The position numbers and the translations under genes are program-made. 51,629 bases of DNA from Calditrichota bacterium (GTDB lineage: Bacteria; Electryoneota; B3-LCP): positions 1 through 51,629 of the forward strand of contig JAGVQJ010000140.1 of NCBI GenBank assembly GCA_020051775.1, written 5' to 3'. How positions within the stretch are numbered: position 1 is the stretch's first letter; every line of letters begins with the position of its first letter. The notes below the pieces were generated by a model. That model saw only the letters and a list, made by a program, of their open reading frames with translations. It was not told the DNA's origin and ran no database searches. This document shows, piece after piece, positions 9,957 through 19,973 of this stretch.

Positions 9957-12900
9957 ATGAGGATCTTGCGCGTCCTTATCGTGTCGGTGATGATCTTAGG
10001 ATTAGGTTCGATTTCTCTATCCTCTGCGGAGGAGCTTCGAACACTGCCAGAAAATACGACTTGGGATAAGACTGCCAGCCCATACACAATTACGGGTGAT
10101 CTACTCATCCCGGCGGGAGTACGGCTGACTGTTAAGCCTGGCGTTAAAGTGCTTATGGGGCCCAACGCCAGTTTGGTGATTGAAGGAGAAATCACCGCTC
10201 TGGGCAGCGCGGATGATCCTATCCTATTCACCAGCTCAGCTCAAAATCCATCTTCTGGAGATTGGGGTAATTTGCGCTTCGTCACTGCAGATACCACACT
10301 TTCTTATGATGAGGCCGGCAACTACATTAAAGGTTCGCGCCTTGAATATTGCGTAATCGAGTACGGCGGCATACCTGCAGTAGGAACTTCCAAGGAGTTT
10401 TTAGGTGGAGCTATCCATTGTCGTAAATCATCGCCATTTCTCCGCCATTTGACCATCCGCTTTAATCAAGGGCAATTTGGCGGCGGTGTATATTGTCATG
10501 AATTCGCCTCGCCCCATATCGAAGATTGCCTTTTCCTGGAGAACTCTGCGACCCAATCCGGAGGTGGTCTGGCCTGCTTTTTCTATTCCAATGCCGTTGT
10601 CAAGCATAATGTATTTCATGGAAATCAGGCGGCTGAACACGGCGGAGGAATCTACTTTTCGTTCAGTTCCCCCCAAATCCTCGACAATATAATCGAAAAC
10701 AACACTGCGCGCTATCAAGGCGGTGGTCTCCATGGGTCGAATACCGTAACAAAATCAATCTCCCGAGTACGCGGTAATGTGTTACTCTCCAATCACGCCG
10801 GGGAAAAAGCCGGGAATATCTATATCACGGCCAAAATCGAGACGATTTTCCAAGAAAACTGCTTGTTCACCGATCAAGGCTATGAAGTCTATGTTGATGC
10901 CCTTGAAACTGACTTGGATTTTAGCGGCAATTATTTCGGTCCCTTGGGCGCTGGAGATCTCGAAGCGCGAGTGCGAGATCGCTACGACGATCCCGAGCAG
11001 AAAGTTCTGATCTGTGACCCAGTGCTGGAAGCCCCGCCGCGTGGGTTGCCCAATGCTCCCCACGAGATCAGTTCTCTGACCCTGGCTGGTGATGCTGGGT
11101 TCGTAAGCGACTGGCCTTTTCCAGTTTGCTATAAAGCTCCACTTTATATCGAAATAAAAGCCTCAGATCGAAACCCTTACCATGCTGATTGGATTCCTGT
11201 CCGCCTCAGATCGAGCGAAAGTGATCTTAAAGGAGTCATCACGCTGGCCTGGGAAACTGGCCCTTCAACCGGCCTATTTCGTCTGATGGGGATTGTCGAA
11301 AAGTTCAGTTCCGCTTCGCAGGCCGCCATAAAAGCCTCGGAAGGGGAAACAGTTTTCATCAGTATTGAAGATACTTCGGGATTTGAGATTTCACGCAGAG
11401 TAGATCCCTCTCAAAGCTATATCACTGCCTTCAGCCTGCCAAATGAAGCAGATTCGCTCCATATTGTCGGACACCAACCCTTAACAGGTTGGCGATATCG
11501 CAATATCTTCGGAAATCCGCAGGTTAAATACGAGTTGCAGCTCTGCGAAGGTAGTGTCTTTTCAGCCGTACCTTTGTGGAGCAGCGGCGAGACACAGGAC
11601 TCCAGCACGAGTGTTGAGATTCATCGCGTAGAACTGAAGGATGGCAGTCGTTATGCTCTTCGTTTGAGGATAAATAGTGGTGCGGCCTGGAGTGAGTGGG
11701 CGACCATGGCGTTACGGTTAAACAGTTTACCCTCGGTGCCACAACTTCTATCGCCCTTAGGTGATCAGATCGTAAGCCAGGAACATCCGACACTGAATCT
11801 GCAAGCTTCGACCGATGCTGAAAACGATCCGATACAATATGAAGTGCAGCTTTATCAGGACGCTGCCTTCACACGGGTTCTGGCGATCGAGAAGGAGCTC
11901 AGAGCGACGGGAATGACAGCCGCCTGGTCTCCGGCCATTGATCTGAAGGACAATGCCGAATACTTCTGGCGGGCGCGCTCGCGAGATGCCTTCGAAATCG
12001 GGGCTTGGGCGCAAACCGGGCATTTTTGGATGAATCCGCTTGAAGAACCGCCATTACCTTTTACCTTGACCGATCCTGAAAAAGATCAGCAGGTCTATCA
12101 TCTTCAGCCGGTGTTCTCGTGGCATCGGACGGTGGATCCCGATCCTCTCTCTAAGGTGCACTATCGTTTGCTGATTTGTCCTGACGAAAAATTTACACCG
12201 TCCGCCACGATTAAACAAGAGACCGAGGTGACCTTCCTGAAAGCTGACCGGGTCTTGAAAAACGATGCCACCTACTTCTGGAAAGTTGAAGCGGTGGACA
12301 ACACCAACCGTGCAACCCCATCGCAAACGGTGGGACGATTTAGCGTCTCTACAACCCCCACCGCTCCGCACTTAGCCGGGCCGTTTAAAGGAGAAGAGTT
12401 GCGCTCCGGCAACCGGCTGGCCTGGTCGAAATCCACGGATCCCGATCCGGAAGATTCCCTCGTCTATCACCTTCAGATCGCAGAAAACGATTTTTCCAAA
12501 CTGATGTTCGACGAGTTCGTCTTTTCAACGGAAGTAGTGATTGACTCGCTGCGTAATTTCCATTTACTTAAGGACGACAAGGAATATCGTGTCCGGGTTC
12601 GAGCCGAAGACGACCAGAACATTGCCTCTGCCTGGTCGCCGGATGAAGCGCACTTTTTTATGAATAAAGTCAATACCGCGCCGGGGCAAATTACCGGTTC
12701 AGCAGAACCCCATGGAACTGTGGAAATTAATCCGACGCCGATAATCGCCTGGGGACCGGCGACAGATGGCGATCGCAGCGATCCTGCTTCCAGTTTATCC
12801 TACCTACTACAGTTCGACCGTGATGGCAGTTTCCGTGAGGTTTTCCGTCAAGTGCAGGTCATGGCAGGAGTTACTCGCATTGCTGTGCCGGGATTGCTGG

Positions 12901-14000
12901 ACAACACCGGTTGGTATTATCGCCTCTGCGCTCGCGATGATGAGGGGGCTATATCTCCCTGGAGTCCGGTAAGAAATTTTACCTTGAATACTCAGAACGA
13001 TCCACCTGCGCCTTTTACGCTCGTCGGCCCGGAAGATGGGCTGAATACTTACAAATTAACTGGACTGGAACTATCCTGGCAGGTGGCCGGTGATGTAGAT
13101 CCCGGTGATAAAGTCCACTACCTGGTATCGGTGGTTCCTGCAGCAGGCGGCTCTCCGGTTATGGATGGTAAAAGAACCTCAAACCAATCGTTGCTTCTGG
13201 CTTCTGGGCTAAAAAATGAAACCGAATATATTTGGTGGGTAGAAGCTGTAGATTCGCTGGGTGCACGCACCGCCTCAAAAAGTAAGGCACACTTCGCTAT
13301 CAACACTACGCCGACAGATCCAAAACTCATGTCTTTCGTCGGAAATATTCTTGACGGGAAACAGAGATTATCGTGGAATCCTTCGACTGATCCCGATCCT
13401 GCAGATCAGTTGACGTATACCTTACAGATCGTCAAGCCGGAAAAGCCAGATGCTGCACTGATTGAAATACCTAAACTACCGCAAAGCAAAGCCGCTACCG
13501 GGTTGACCGTAACGGATATGCGCGGTATCCGTCAATTGAAAGACAACCAGCAGTACGCATTCAGAATGTGCGCGGTTGATCCTCACGGAGCCATTTCAGG
13601 ATGGGCGCAACCCCTTGAATTCACCCTTGATATTGTCAACGAACCGCCCGCCAGATTTGAGCTGGTAACCCCGACGTCCAATCATGGAACTCCCGGGTCG
13701 CCGATAGAATTTACGTGGAATGTGGCCCAAGATCCTGACCCCGGAGATGCAGTTAGATACACTCTATTTCTGGCAAAGGACATCGGCTATACTCGTGATC
13801 TGCAAGTATACAAAGATCTTGAAGCGACACGACTGGAACTGAATGAAGCTCTCGAACCCGGTGCGACGTACTTCTGGAAGGTTTTGGCGCAGGATAGCAA
13901 GGGATTGCAGGCTTGGAGCAGCGTGGGTGAAAATCGCTCAGCCAGATTCACCTTAAATGCTGAGCAAGATAATCAGGATAGAACCGGTGAATTGAGATAA
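9957..14000 (+). CDS. 1347-aa secreted protein: N-terminal right-handed parallel beta-helix region plus seven tandem ~105-aa Fn3-like repeats
   Basis: Signal peptide. PbH1-like GGG(I/V)Y turns (GGGVYC, GGGLAC, GGGIYF, GGGLHG). Seven repeats with recurring DPDPxD, Y(H/T)LQ and ATYFWKVxAVD motifs. No T9SS tail. Confidence 0.8.
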   Translation: MRILRVLIVSVMILGLGSISLSSAEELRTLPENTTWDKTASPYTITGDLLIPAGVRLTVKPGVKVLMGPNASLVIEGEITALGSADDPILFTSSAQNPSSGDWGNLRFVTADTTLSYDEAGNYIKGSRLEYCVIEYGGIPAVGTSKEFLGGAIHCRKSSPFLRHLTIRFNQGQFGGGVYCHEFASPHIEDCLFLENSATQSGGGLACFFYSNAVVKHNVFHGNQAAEHGGGIYFSFSSPQILDNIIENNTARYQGGGLHGSNTVTKSISRVRGNVLLSNHAGEKAGNIYITAKIETIFQENCLFTDQGYEVYVDALETDLDFSGNYFGPLGAGDLEARVRDRYDDPEQKVLICDPVLEAPPRGLPNAPHEISSLTLAGDAGFVSDWPFPVCYKAPLYIEIKASDRNPYHADWIPVRLRSSESDLKGVITLAWETGPSTGLFRLMGIVEKFSSASQAAIKASEGETVFISIEDTSGFEISRRVDPSQSYITAFSLPNEADSLHIVGHQPLTGWRYRNIFGNPQVKYELQLCEGSVFSAVPLWSSGETQDSSTSVEIHRVELKDGSRYALRLRINSGAAWSEWATMALRLNSLPSVPQLLSPLGDQIVSQEHPTLNLQASTDAENDPIQYEVQLYQDAAFTRVLAIEKELRATGMTAAWSPAIDLKDNAEYFWRARSRDAFEIGAWAQTGHFWMNPLEEPPLPFTLTDPEKDQQVYHLQPVFSWHRTVDPDPLSKVHYRLLICPDEKFTPSATIKQETEVTFLKADRVLKNDATYFWKVEAVDNTNRATPSQTVGRFSVSTTPTAPHLAGPFKGEELRSGNRLAWSKSTDPDPEDSLVYHLQIAENDFSKLMFDEFVFSTEVVIDSLRNFHLLKDDKEYRVRVRAEDDQNIASAWSPDEAHFFMNKVNTAPGQITGSAEPHGTVEINPTPIIAWGPATDGDRSDPASSLSYLLQFDRDGSFREVFRQVQVMAGVTRIAVPGLLDNTGWYYRLCARDDEGAISPWSPVRNFTLNTQNDPPAPFTLVGPEDGLNTYKLTGLELSWQVAGDVDPGDKVHYLVSVVPAAGGSPVMDGKRTSNQSLLLASGLKNETEYIWWVEAVDSLGARTASKSKAHFAINTTPTDPKLMSFVGNILDGKQRLSWNPSTDPDPADQLTYTLQIVKPEKPDAALIEIPKLPQSKAATGLTVTDMRGIRQLKDNQQYAFRMCAVDPHGAISGWAQPLEFTLDIVNEPPARFELVTPTSNHGTPGSPIEFTWNVAQDPDPGDAVRYTLFLAKDIGYTRDLQVYKDLEATRLELNEALEPGATYFWKVLAQDSKGLQAWSSVGENRSARFTLNAEQDNQDRTGELR
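11725..13965 (+). repeat. seven tandem ~315-nt coding repeats (Fn3-like domains) inside CDS 9957..14000
   Basis: Protein-level periodicity: LPxP..TDPDP.D.L.Y.LQ....ATYFWKV.A.D..G..S.WS, seen 7 times. Confidence 0.7.
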
Positions 14001-14016
14001 TCTAAGGGGTCGGTTT

Positions 14017-15876
14017 ATGTCATCTGTTTTTTTGGCAGCAGTTTTAGCTGGATCGGCGCTTTGTGCCATCAGCTATATTTTCGTAGCTGTGACAGGAGCT
14101 CCCGTTTGGTTGGGATTAAAGACATTCCTCATCACCTGGGTGGCCGATGTCACGGTCATGACAGTTGGCTTGACAATCCTGCATGCGATCATACGGTTCG
14201 TACCCGTGGTGCATTGTCGCCTGCAAAATGAAATTAGAAAATTCGTTCTGTACTGTTCTTTGGCATTGTTGGTGGGATGTGCAGGATTGGTTGCGATGGT
14301 GGTCAAGGACGTACAAGTCGGACGGGACTTCTGGACCTTACTTCTGGTCATAGCATTAATTGGGCTGCCCACGATTTTGATGGTTGGCCTGTCGGTGCGG
14401 CAGTCGCGCGCTATCCTGGTCCGAGCGATTACCGCCTCAGTTGTATTGATCCTGACGGCCAATGGAGTTTACTTCGCTATTGATCAGCAATATGCCGCCG
14501 AAATCAAACAGCGCAGCACCCAATTCAAAAATACTATTCCTTCCATCTTCCTGCTGGTGATGGATACCGCCCGTAGCGATCACTTCTCTTGTAATGGGTA
14601 TCAATTCCCCACGACTCCACACATTGACCGCATTGCCGCTGAAGGAGCGAATTGGCCGAATGCCTTCAGCGCCGCCAATTGGACGCCGCCGGGGCATATC
14701 AGCATATTCACCGGCAAATACCCAATCCAGCACGGTAACAACGGGAAACCCTACATGCCGGAAGAGTTGCTTTCATTAACCGAGGTCCTCCGTCAGGAAG
14801 GTTATTATTGCGTGTCCATGTACGAGAATCCTCTGGCGGGGAAGAGCATCAACCTGACCCAAGGATTCGATTATGATTTCGGTGTGCTGCATAACTCTTG
14901 GATCTATACGATCCCCTTGCGGTTATGGGACAAACTGGCCTATAACGATGATGGAGCGTATGTCACTTTCGCCACGGCACAACGAGTTTATGATTGGGTA
15001 ACCCAAAAGGGCGGTCATCCTTTTCTCTATGTCAACATCGCTGAACCGCACGTCCCCTACCGTGCCAACCAGCCTTATTTCGATCATTTCACCAAAGGAT
15101 TGGATCGTAGCAAAGTGGGGGATTTAAGCCGCATCTGGGATCTATGCGTCACCCGCGACCTGATCTTACAGGATAGTGTCCGATTTGCCGGCTTGACTGA
15201 AGAAAGTATCGCCTACATGCGGGCGGTGTACGACAGTGAACTGGCTTATGATGACGAACATTTTGGTCGCCTGACGGAATGGATGCATACGACAGGAAAC
15301 CTGGACAGAACCCTGATGATTATCACCGCAGATCATGGCGAGGTTTTAGGGGAACACTGGACCATGGGGCATGAATACACATTGTTCAAGCCCGCTGTGC
15401 ATATCCCGATGATCATGCGTTATCCTGGCGCCATCAAACCCGCTCAACGGGATGAATATGTGAGCAATGTTGACATATTTCCCACGGTCCTTTATTTGAT
15501 GAGCCGTCAGGATCTGATACCATCTGATGTTGCCGGTATGGATATGCTGAGTCTAAATCCCAGCACGGCACGACCTTTAATCAGTTCCAATCTCCACCGC
15601 GGCGGCCAATTCAGCCTCCTGACCAACGGTTATAAATTGATCCTGAGCCGGGAAGAAAATAATCGTCAGTATAGTCTTCCGGATACTCTACTCTACGATC
15701 TAAGTAATGATCTGCACGAAATCGCTGACTTACATATAACTCAGAACGAGCAAAGCGAAAAGATGTTGACTCAATTGAATGATTGGGTGGATCGCTATTA
15801 CGTCGCGACAACAGATTCCGTTCAAATCAGCAGCGAAGCCTTAGAAAACATGAAAGCATTGGGGTACGTGCATTAA
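14017..15876 (+). CDS. membrane-anchored sulfatase-like hydrolase/transferase (alkaline phosphatase superfamily)
   Basis: Five N-terminal TM helices. LLVMDTARSDH metal-binding motif. Region aligning to the sulfatase C/S-x-P-x-R..LTGRYP reads NWTPPGHISIFTGKYP. ADHGE and other AP-fold motifs. Confidence 0.72.
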   Translation: MSSVFLAAVLAGSALCAISYIFVAVTGAPVWLGLKTFLITWVADVTVMTVGLTILHAIIRFVPVVHCRLQNEIRKFVLYCSLALLVGCAGLVAMVVKDVQVGRDFWTLLLVIALIGLPTILMVGLSVRQSRAILVRAITASVVLILTANGVYFAIDQQYAAEIKQRSTQFKNTIPSIFLLVMDTARSDHFSCNGYQFPTTPHIDRIAAEGANWPNAFSAANWTPPGHISIFTGKYPIQHGNNGKPYMPEELLSLTEVLRQEGYYCVSMYENPLAGKSINLTQGFDYDFGVLHNSWIYTIPLRLWDKLAYNDDGAYVTFATAQRVYDWVTQKGGHPFLYVNIAEPHVPYRANQPYFDHFTKGLDRSKVGDLSRIWDLCVTRDLILQDSVRFAGLTEESIAYMRAVYDSELAYDDEHFGRLTEWMHTTGNLDRTLMIITADHGEVLGEHWTMGHEYTLFKPAVHIPMIMRYPGAIKPAQRDEYVSNVDIFPTVLYLMSRQDLIPSDVAGMDMLSLNPSTARPLISSNLHRGGQFSLLTNGYKLILSREENNRQYSLPDTLLYDLSNDLHEIADLHITQNEQSEKMLTQLNDWVDRYYVATTDSVQISSEALENMKALGYVH

Positions 15877-15942
15877 CCGGCAATCATAGTACCGCCAAAG
15901 CAGCATAAAAGAAGAACGAGAATTCTACCATTCACGTGGATT

Positions 15943-15988
15943 AAGGCGTAAACAGCTATAAGTATGGCCGTTTACGCCTTTTTCATTT
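15943..15988 (+). terminator. rho-independent terminator
   Basis: AAGGCGTAAAC...GTTTACGCCTT followed by TTTCATTT. Confidence 0.65.
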
Positions 15989-16034
15989 GTATCTTAACTC
16001 AAATATGCGTATTTTGTCTGCATTGAGGCCAGTT

Positions 16035-16883
16035 ATGAAAAAATTTATCGTTCCGGCAATTGTGTTATTACTGTTCTTCGCCGACGGTTCAGAAGGATCC
16101 GTAGTGCGGATACATTTCATTTCGGTAGGCCACGGAGACGCGATTCTAATCGAGCTGGATGACCGCGCACTGGCGCTTGTGGACGTTGGTTCAGTCCAAT
16201 CAGGATCGAAGTTGCTAGAATACCTGCGTAAAAACGAGGTTCGCCATATTCCGCATCTCTTCGCAACCCATAATCACCCCGATCATATTGGAGCCATCCC
16301 ATTGATTTTGGGTTCTCTGCAAGTGGACACGATTCATGTCACCGGCATGGTGGACGACTGGGAGGAGGCGTTAGCATTCACTAATTATTTACAAACAGGT
16401 CGTTGGGCGGTGGACACGACCGATATTGGCGAGGTTTTCTTTTGGGGTGAAAACCTTCAAATCGAAGTGCTAAGTCCTCCTGGAATTGAAACCGCTGGCA
16501 AGACAGTAGATAATAATAATAATTCTTTGGTTTTAGCGATTAAACACGGGCAGGTTTGTGTATTATTGACTGCCGATATCGGTCAATCTCGCGAGAATTG
16601 GTTGATTGAGCGGTATGGCCTTAGACTTAGAAGCAAAGCCCTCAAAGCCCCGCATCATGGTTCTCATGCCGGGAACAGCCAGCCTTTTCTGGAGATGGTC
16701 AAGCCCGAGGTTGCAGTCATTTGCATAGGTCCTAATGACTGGGGGTACCCTTCTGATGAGACTGTGCGAAGACTGGAAAACAACTGCCCTATCGTTCTAC
16801 GCACAGACCGGGATGGGGATGTAGTTATCCAGAGTGATGGTGACAACATCACCGTTATATCACCCGCGGAGACCGAACCATGA
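16035..16883 (+). CDS. secreted MBL-fold metallo-hydrolase (ComEC C-terminal-like lactamase_B domain)
   Basis: Signal peptide MKKFIVPAIVLLLFFA. HFISVGHGDAILIE and THNHPDHIGA motifs. The track start at 15987 (TTG) lies inside the upstream terminator. Confidence 0.7.
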   Translation: MKKFIVPAIVLLLFFADGSEGSVVRIHFISVGHGDAILIELDDRALALVDVGSVQSGSKLLEYLRKNEVRHIPHLFATHNHPDHIGAIPLILGSLQVDTIHVTGMVDDWEEALAFTNYLQTGRWAVDTTDIGEVFFWGENLQIEVLSPPGIETAGKTVDNNNNSLVLAIKHGQVCVLLTADIGQSRENWLIERYGLRLRSKALKAPHHGSHAGNSQPFLEMVKPEVAVICIGPNDWGYPSDETVRRLENNCPIVLRTDRDGDVVIQSDGDNITVISPAETEP

Positions 16884-17827
16884 AACCAGTCGCATTAGTG
16901 TATCATCCCATTTTTATCGAACACAACTTAGGCCCTGGGCATCCGGAAACTCCAGATCGCTTGAAAGCCATTCTGGAAGCCTTCAAGGATCTGCACAACG
17001 ATCCGCGTTTCATCTGGCCGGAACCGCCGGAAGCTGCACCGGAAGAGGTGGCCCTGGTGCATGATCCGAGGTATGTTGATTGGGTGCGAAAGACTTGCGA
17101 GACGGGAGGCGCTTTCTATCCAGCATTGGAAGGTCAGTTGGCTCCGGTATCGTATAGTGCAGCGCTTCGTGCGGCTGGAGCGGTCGTAGCAGCCTGCACC
17201 AAGGTGTGGGATGGTGAGTGGGGAGGAGCTTTCGCTCTCGTCCGCCCTCCTGGCCACCACGCCGTGCGGAATAGCGCTATGGGCTTTTGCATCTTCAACA
17301 ATATAGCTATTGGCGCTGCCTGGTTGCTGCAAAACCGGGGCGCAAACTCTATCTTGATTGTGGATTTTGACGTGCATCACGGCAACGGCACGCAGGAGGC
17401 GTTTTGGGCCAATCCCCAGGTCAGCTATTTCAGCACGCACCAGTTTCCACACTATCCAGGAAGCGGGGCCGAATTTGAACGCGGCCAGGATGAAGGCGAA
17501 GGCGCCACGTTGAATGCACCGCTGGAAGCCGGCAGTGATGATGCGGAGATTTTATCAGCATTCAACGATAAACTCGTCCCCTGGGCTGATGCGCGCAAAC
17601 CGGAAATCCTGCTGATTTCCGCTGGCTTCGATGCGTATGAATTCGATCCTCTATCGGGGTTGAAGGTGACCACGGAAGGTTTCCGGCTAATGGCTCGCAT
17701 TCTGAAGGGCATTGCGGAGAAGCACTGTAACGGTCGTTGGGTCATTGCCTTGGAAGGCGGTTATCACCTGACTTCACTGGGAGAAAATGCGAGGGTGTTT
17801 TTGGATGAAATTATGAACTATTCGTAA
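16880..17827 (+). CDS. histone deacetylase-family (HDAC / AcuC / acetylpolyamine amidohydrolase-like) deacetylase
   Basis: DFDVHHGNGTQEAFW, GGYH and GFCIFNN motifs. ATGA overlap with the upstream MBL gene. Confidence 0.85.
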   Translation: MKPVALVYHPIFIEHNLGPGHPETPDRLKAILEAFKDLHNDPRFIWPEPPEAAPEEVALVHDPRYVDWVRKTCETGGAFYPALEGQLAPVSYSAALRAAGAVVAACTKVWDGEWGGAFALVRPPGHHAVRNSAMGFCIFNNIAIGAAWLLQNRGANSILIVDFDVHHGNGTQEAFWANPQVSYFSTHQFPHYPGSGAEFERGQDEGEGATLNAPLEAGSDDAEILSAFNDKLVPWADARKPEILLISAGFDAYEFDPLSGLKVTTEGFRLMARILKGIAEKHCNGRWVIALEGGYHLTSLGENARVFLDEIMNYS

Positions 17828-17851
17828 GGCACTCGTCATCTTAGGAAACAT

Positions 17852-17884
17852 AAAAGGCGCCTCCCGAAAGAGACGCCTTTTATT
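17852..17884. terminator. bidirectional hairpin terminator between convergent genes
   Basis: AAAAGGCGCCTC-ccgaaa-GAGACGCCTTTT with an A run on the left and a T run on the right. Confidence 0.6.
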
Positions 17885-17910
17885 ATGAACAACTCCTATT
17901 CGGCTATGTT

Positions 17911-19899
17911 TTACTTAAGGAGAACCATTTTCCCTGTTGAGACATTTTGTCCTGCCGTCAGGGTGTACAGGTATATCCCCGATGACAGATTCTGACCGTC
18001 GAACGTCACCTCATGAGTTCCCACCTCGCGCCATCCATTGACCAATGTACTGACTAACCGTCCGGCAGTGTCGTAGACCTTCAGACTAACCTGCGTTGCT
18101 TCCGGCATATGGAATCTGATGACTGTCGAAGGATTGAAGGGGTTGGGGATTGTGCTCATTAATCCGAATTCCGCCGGTAGTGATCCAATGAATTCTTCGC
18201 TGGGGAAGATTTCTCCAGCCGAGGTCCAGCTTGAGAAGGCCGTATTATCAGAGCTTACTCCCGCTTTAGCGAAGTTGAAACTGGAGCTGTCAACTTTGAC
18301 CGAGGGGTAAGTGCCCACGTAACCCCGCATGGTGTAGGTACCTCCCGGTGCATTCCCTGGAACAGTTTGAACTCGTATGCGGGAGAGAGATTGCCCGGGA
18401 GCCAGCGTTAAATTTTGCGGGCCGAGTACCGGGCCGTACCATTGACCGCCGGGGAGTTGCACCATAATCCAACCGGCAAAGGATTGGCTAAAAGTAGCAT
18501 TGTTGGTAACGGTGATGTTAAACTGGAACGATCCGCCGTTTTGAGGAATCATAATGGGAGGATTGATCGGGGTCATAGTAATGTCAATGTTCTGCAGGAC
18601 GTTGACTAATTCAAAGGAGTACGTCTGGCCGCCATTACCGAAAGTACGTGCGTGTACCGCCTTGCCACCGGCGGTGGCATAGGCGCCATTATCGGCAATC
18701 GCCACCGCAAAGATGCTGCCCGGTTCGTCAACATCGTCCAGAAGGCGATAAATGACCGTGCCAGTTGACATATCGAATGCGGTAAAGACATCACCGTAAG
18801 TGGCATCAAGTTGACCCCATGAACCGGCGACGCCCACCGATCCATTGTTACAGAGCATCACACTGGCAACATAGTCGCCGTATTGACTGTAAGTGAAGCG
18901 AACCGTGCCATCAATGCTGAATCCGCGCACTAAACCGGAGTTCGTCGGGGAGTAATTGAAATTGCCGGCGATGACAGTAGATCCATCGCTGGAAATATCT
19001 ACCGACGTTATCCAACCACCCATGGAATTCTGCCATTGCTGAACATACGCGCTACCAATGCGGCGATACAAATGCAGCACGCCGTAAAAGTCGCCTTCTG
19101 CAAGGTATTCGGCATCATCATCAATGCCGCAAATTGTCTGGCTGTAATTAGGACCGGTGAAGAACAGACTCTGGGTGCTCATCTGGTAGACGAAGAAGTT
19201 GCTATACCCGCTGACCACAACCCAGCCGTTGTCTTCGGAAATTTCCACGCCATTCACACCATTTGTGGCTGTAAAGTCGGATTGCCATAAAAGCGTTCCA
19301 GATGAGGCCGTAAAGACTAAAAGCCGAGAAGCTGGATTAGCCCCCAGCCATTTGCAAACTGCGACAACGTTTACACCATTGTCTGAAACATCCACATCCA
19401 CCCAATTGTAACTGTCAGGCGCTGTGTATGACCAGGAAGGGTTGGGACCAGCGCCGTTCAGCCAGACGTTTAGTGGGACTTGCGAACCGCACGATGCCAT
19501 GACATTCCCATTATCTGAAGATGAGACAGGGAGAAAGAAATTGACGTTCTCCGGATATTCCCACACCGGTGTGCCTGCGCCGATAGTGGCGTAACGCGAG
19601 GTGCGCATGCTGTTCAGCCACCAACCGACAACTATACTCTGCCCATCGCCACTCATATCTACATTATTAGCGATGGCAATTGGATCTTCGGTTTGCCAGA
19701 GCGTCTCCTGGTCGAAAGGATTTTCGGGTGTAATGACTTCCTGGGGCAAGCCGGATTGGCCAGGAATCACGCTGCGTACCATCAAACGACCCTGGGCATC
19801 GGTTGTGGACTCAGTACTGACGCCTGGATCAGCGGCGAAAGCCAGGGAAAGGTAAACCAAACCGATCGCGAGGATTGCAAAAAGCAGTAAGCGGTTCAT
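17911..19899 (-). CDS. secreted beta-propeller-like repeat protein with T9SS C-terminal domain
   Basis: RBS AAGGAGG then ATG at 19899 (MNRLLLF signal peptide). Repeated D-G-S/T..G blades. C-terminal MSTIPNPFNPST...KMVLLK. Confidence 0.75.
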   Translation of the reverse strand: MNRLLLFAILAIGLVYLSLAFAADPGVSTESTTDAQGRLMVRSVIPGQSGLPQEVITPENPFDQETLWQTEDPIAIANNVDMSGDGQSIVVGWWLNSMRTSRYATIGAGTPVWEYPENVNFFLPVSSSDNGNVMASCGSQVPLNVWLNGAGPNPSWSYTAPDSYNWVDVDVSDNGVNVVAVCKWLGANPASRLLVFTASSGTLLWQSDFTATNGVNGVEISEDNGWVVVSGYSNFFVYQMSTQSLFFTGPNYSQTICGIDDDAEYLAEGDFYGVLHLYRRIGSAYVQQWQNSMGGWITSVDISSDGSTVIAGNFNYSPTNSGLVRGFSIDGTVRFTYSQYGDYVASVMLCNNGSVGVAGSWGQLDATYGDVFTAFDMSTGTVIYRLLDDVDEPGSIFAVAIADNGAYATAGGKAVHARTFGNGGQTYSFELVNVLQNIDITMTPINPPIMIPQNGGSFQFNITVTNNATFSQSFAGWIMVQLPGGQWYGPVLGPQNLTLAPGQSLSRIRVQTVPGNAPGGTYTMRGYVGTYPSVKVDSSSFNFAKAGVSSDNTAFSSWTSAGEIFPSEEFIGSLPAEFGLMSTIPNPFNPSTVIRFHMPEATQVSLKVYDTAGRLVSTLVNGWREVGTHEVTFDGQNLSSGIYLYTLTAGQNVSTGKMVLLK

Positions 19900-19973
19900 A
19901 GCTCCTCCTTGGGGGTTAATCAAGCGCGTTAGAGTTGATTCTTTAACTTATAAAGTGTATTTTAATAGTCCGA

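Noticed and set aside
16928-17452. 174-aa minus-strand ORF
   Set aside because: Entirely antisense to the HDAC-family gene, whose motifs are unambiguous.
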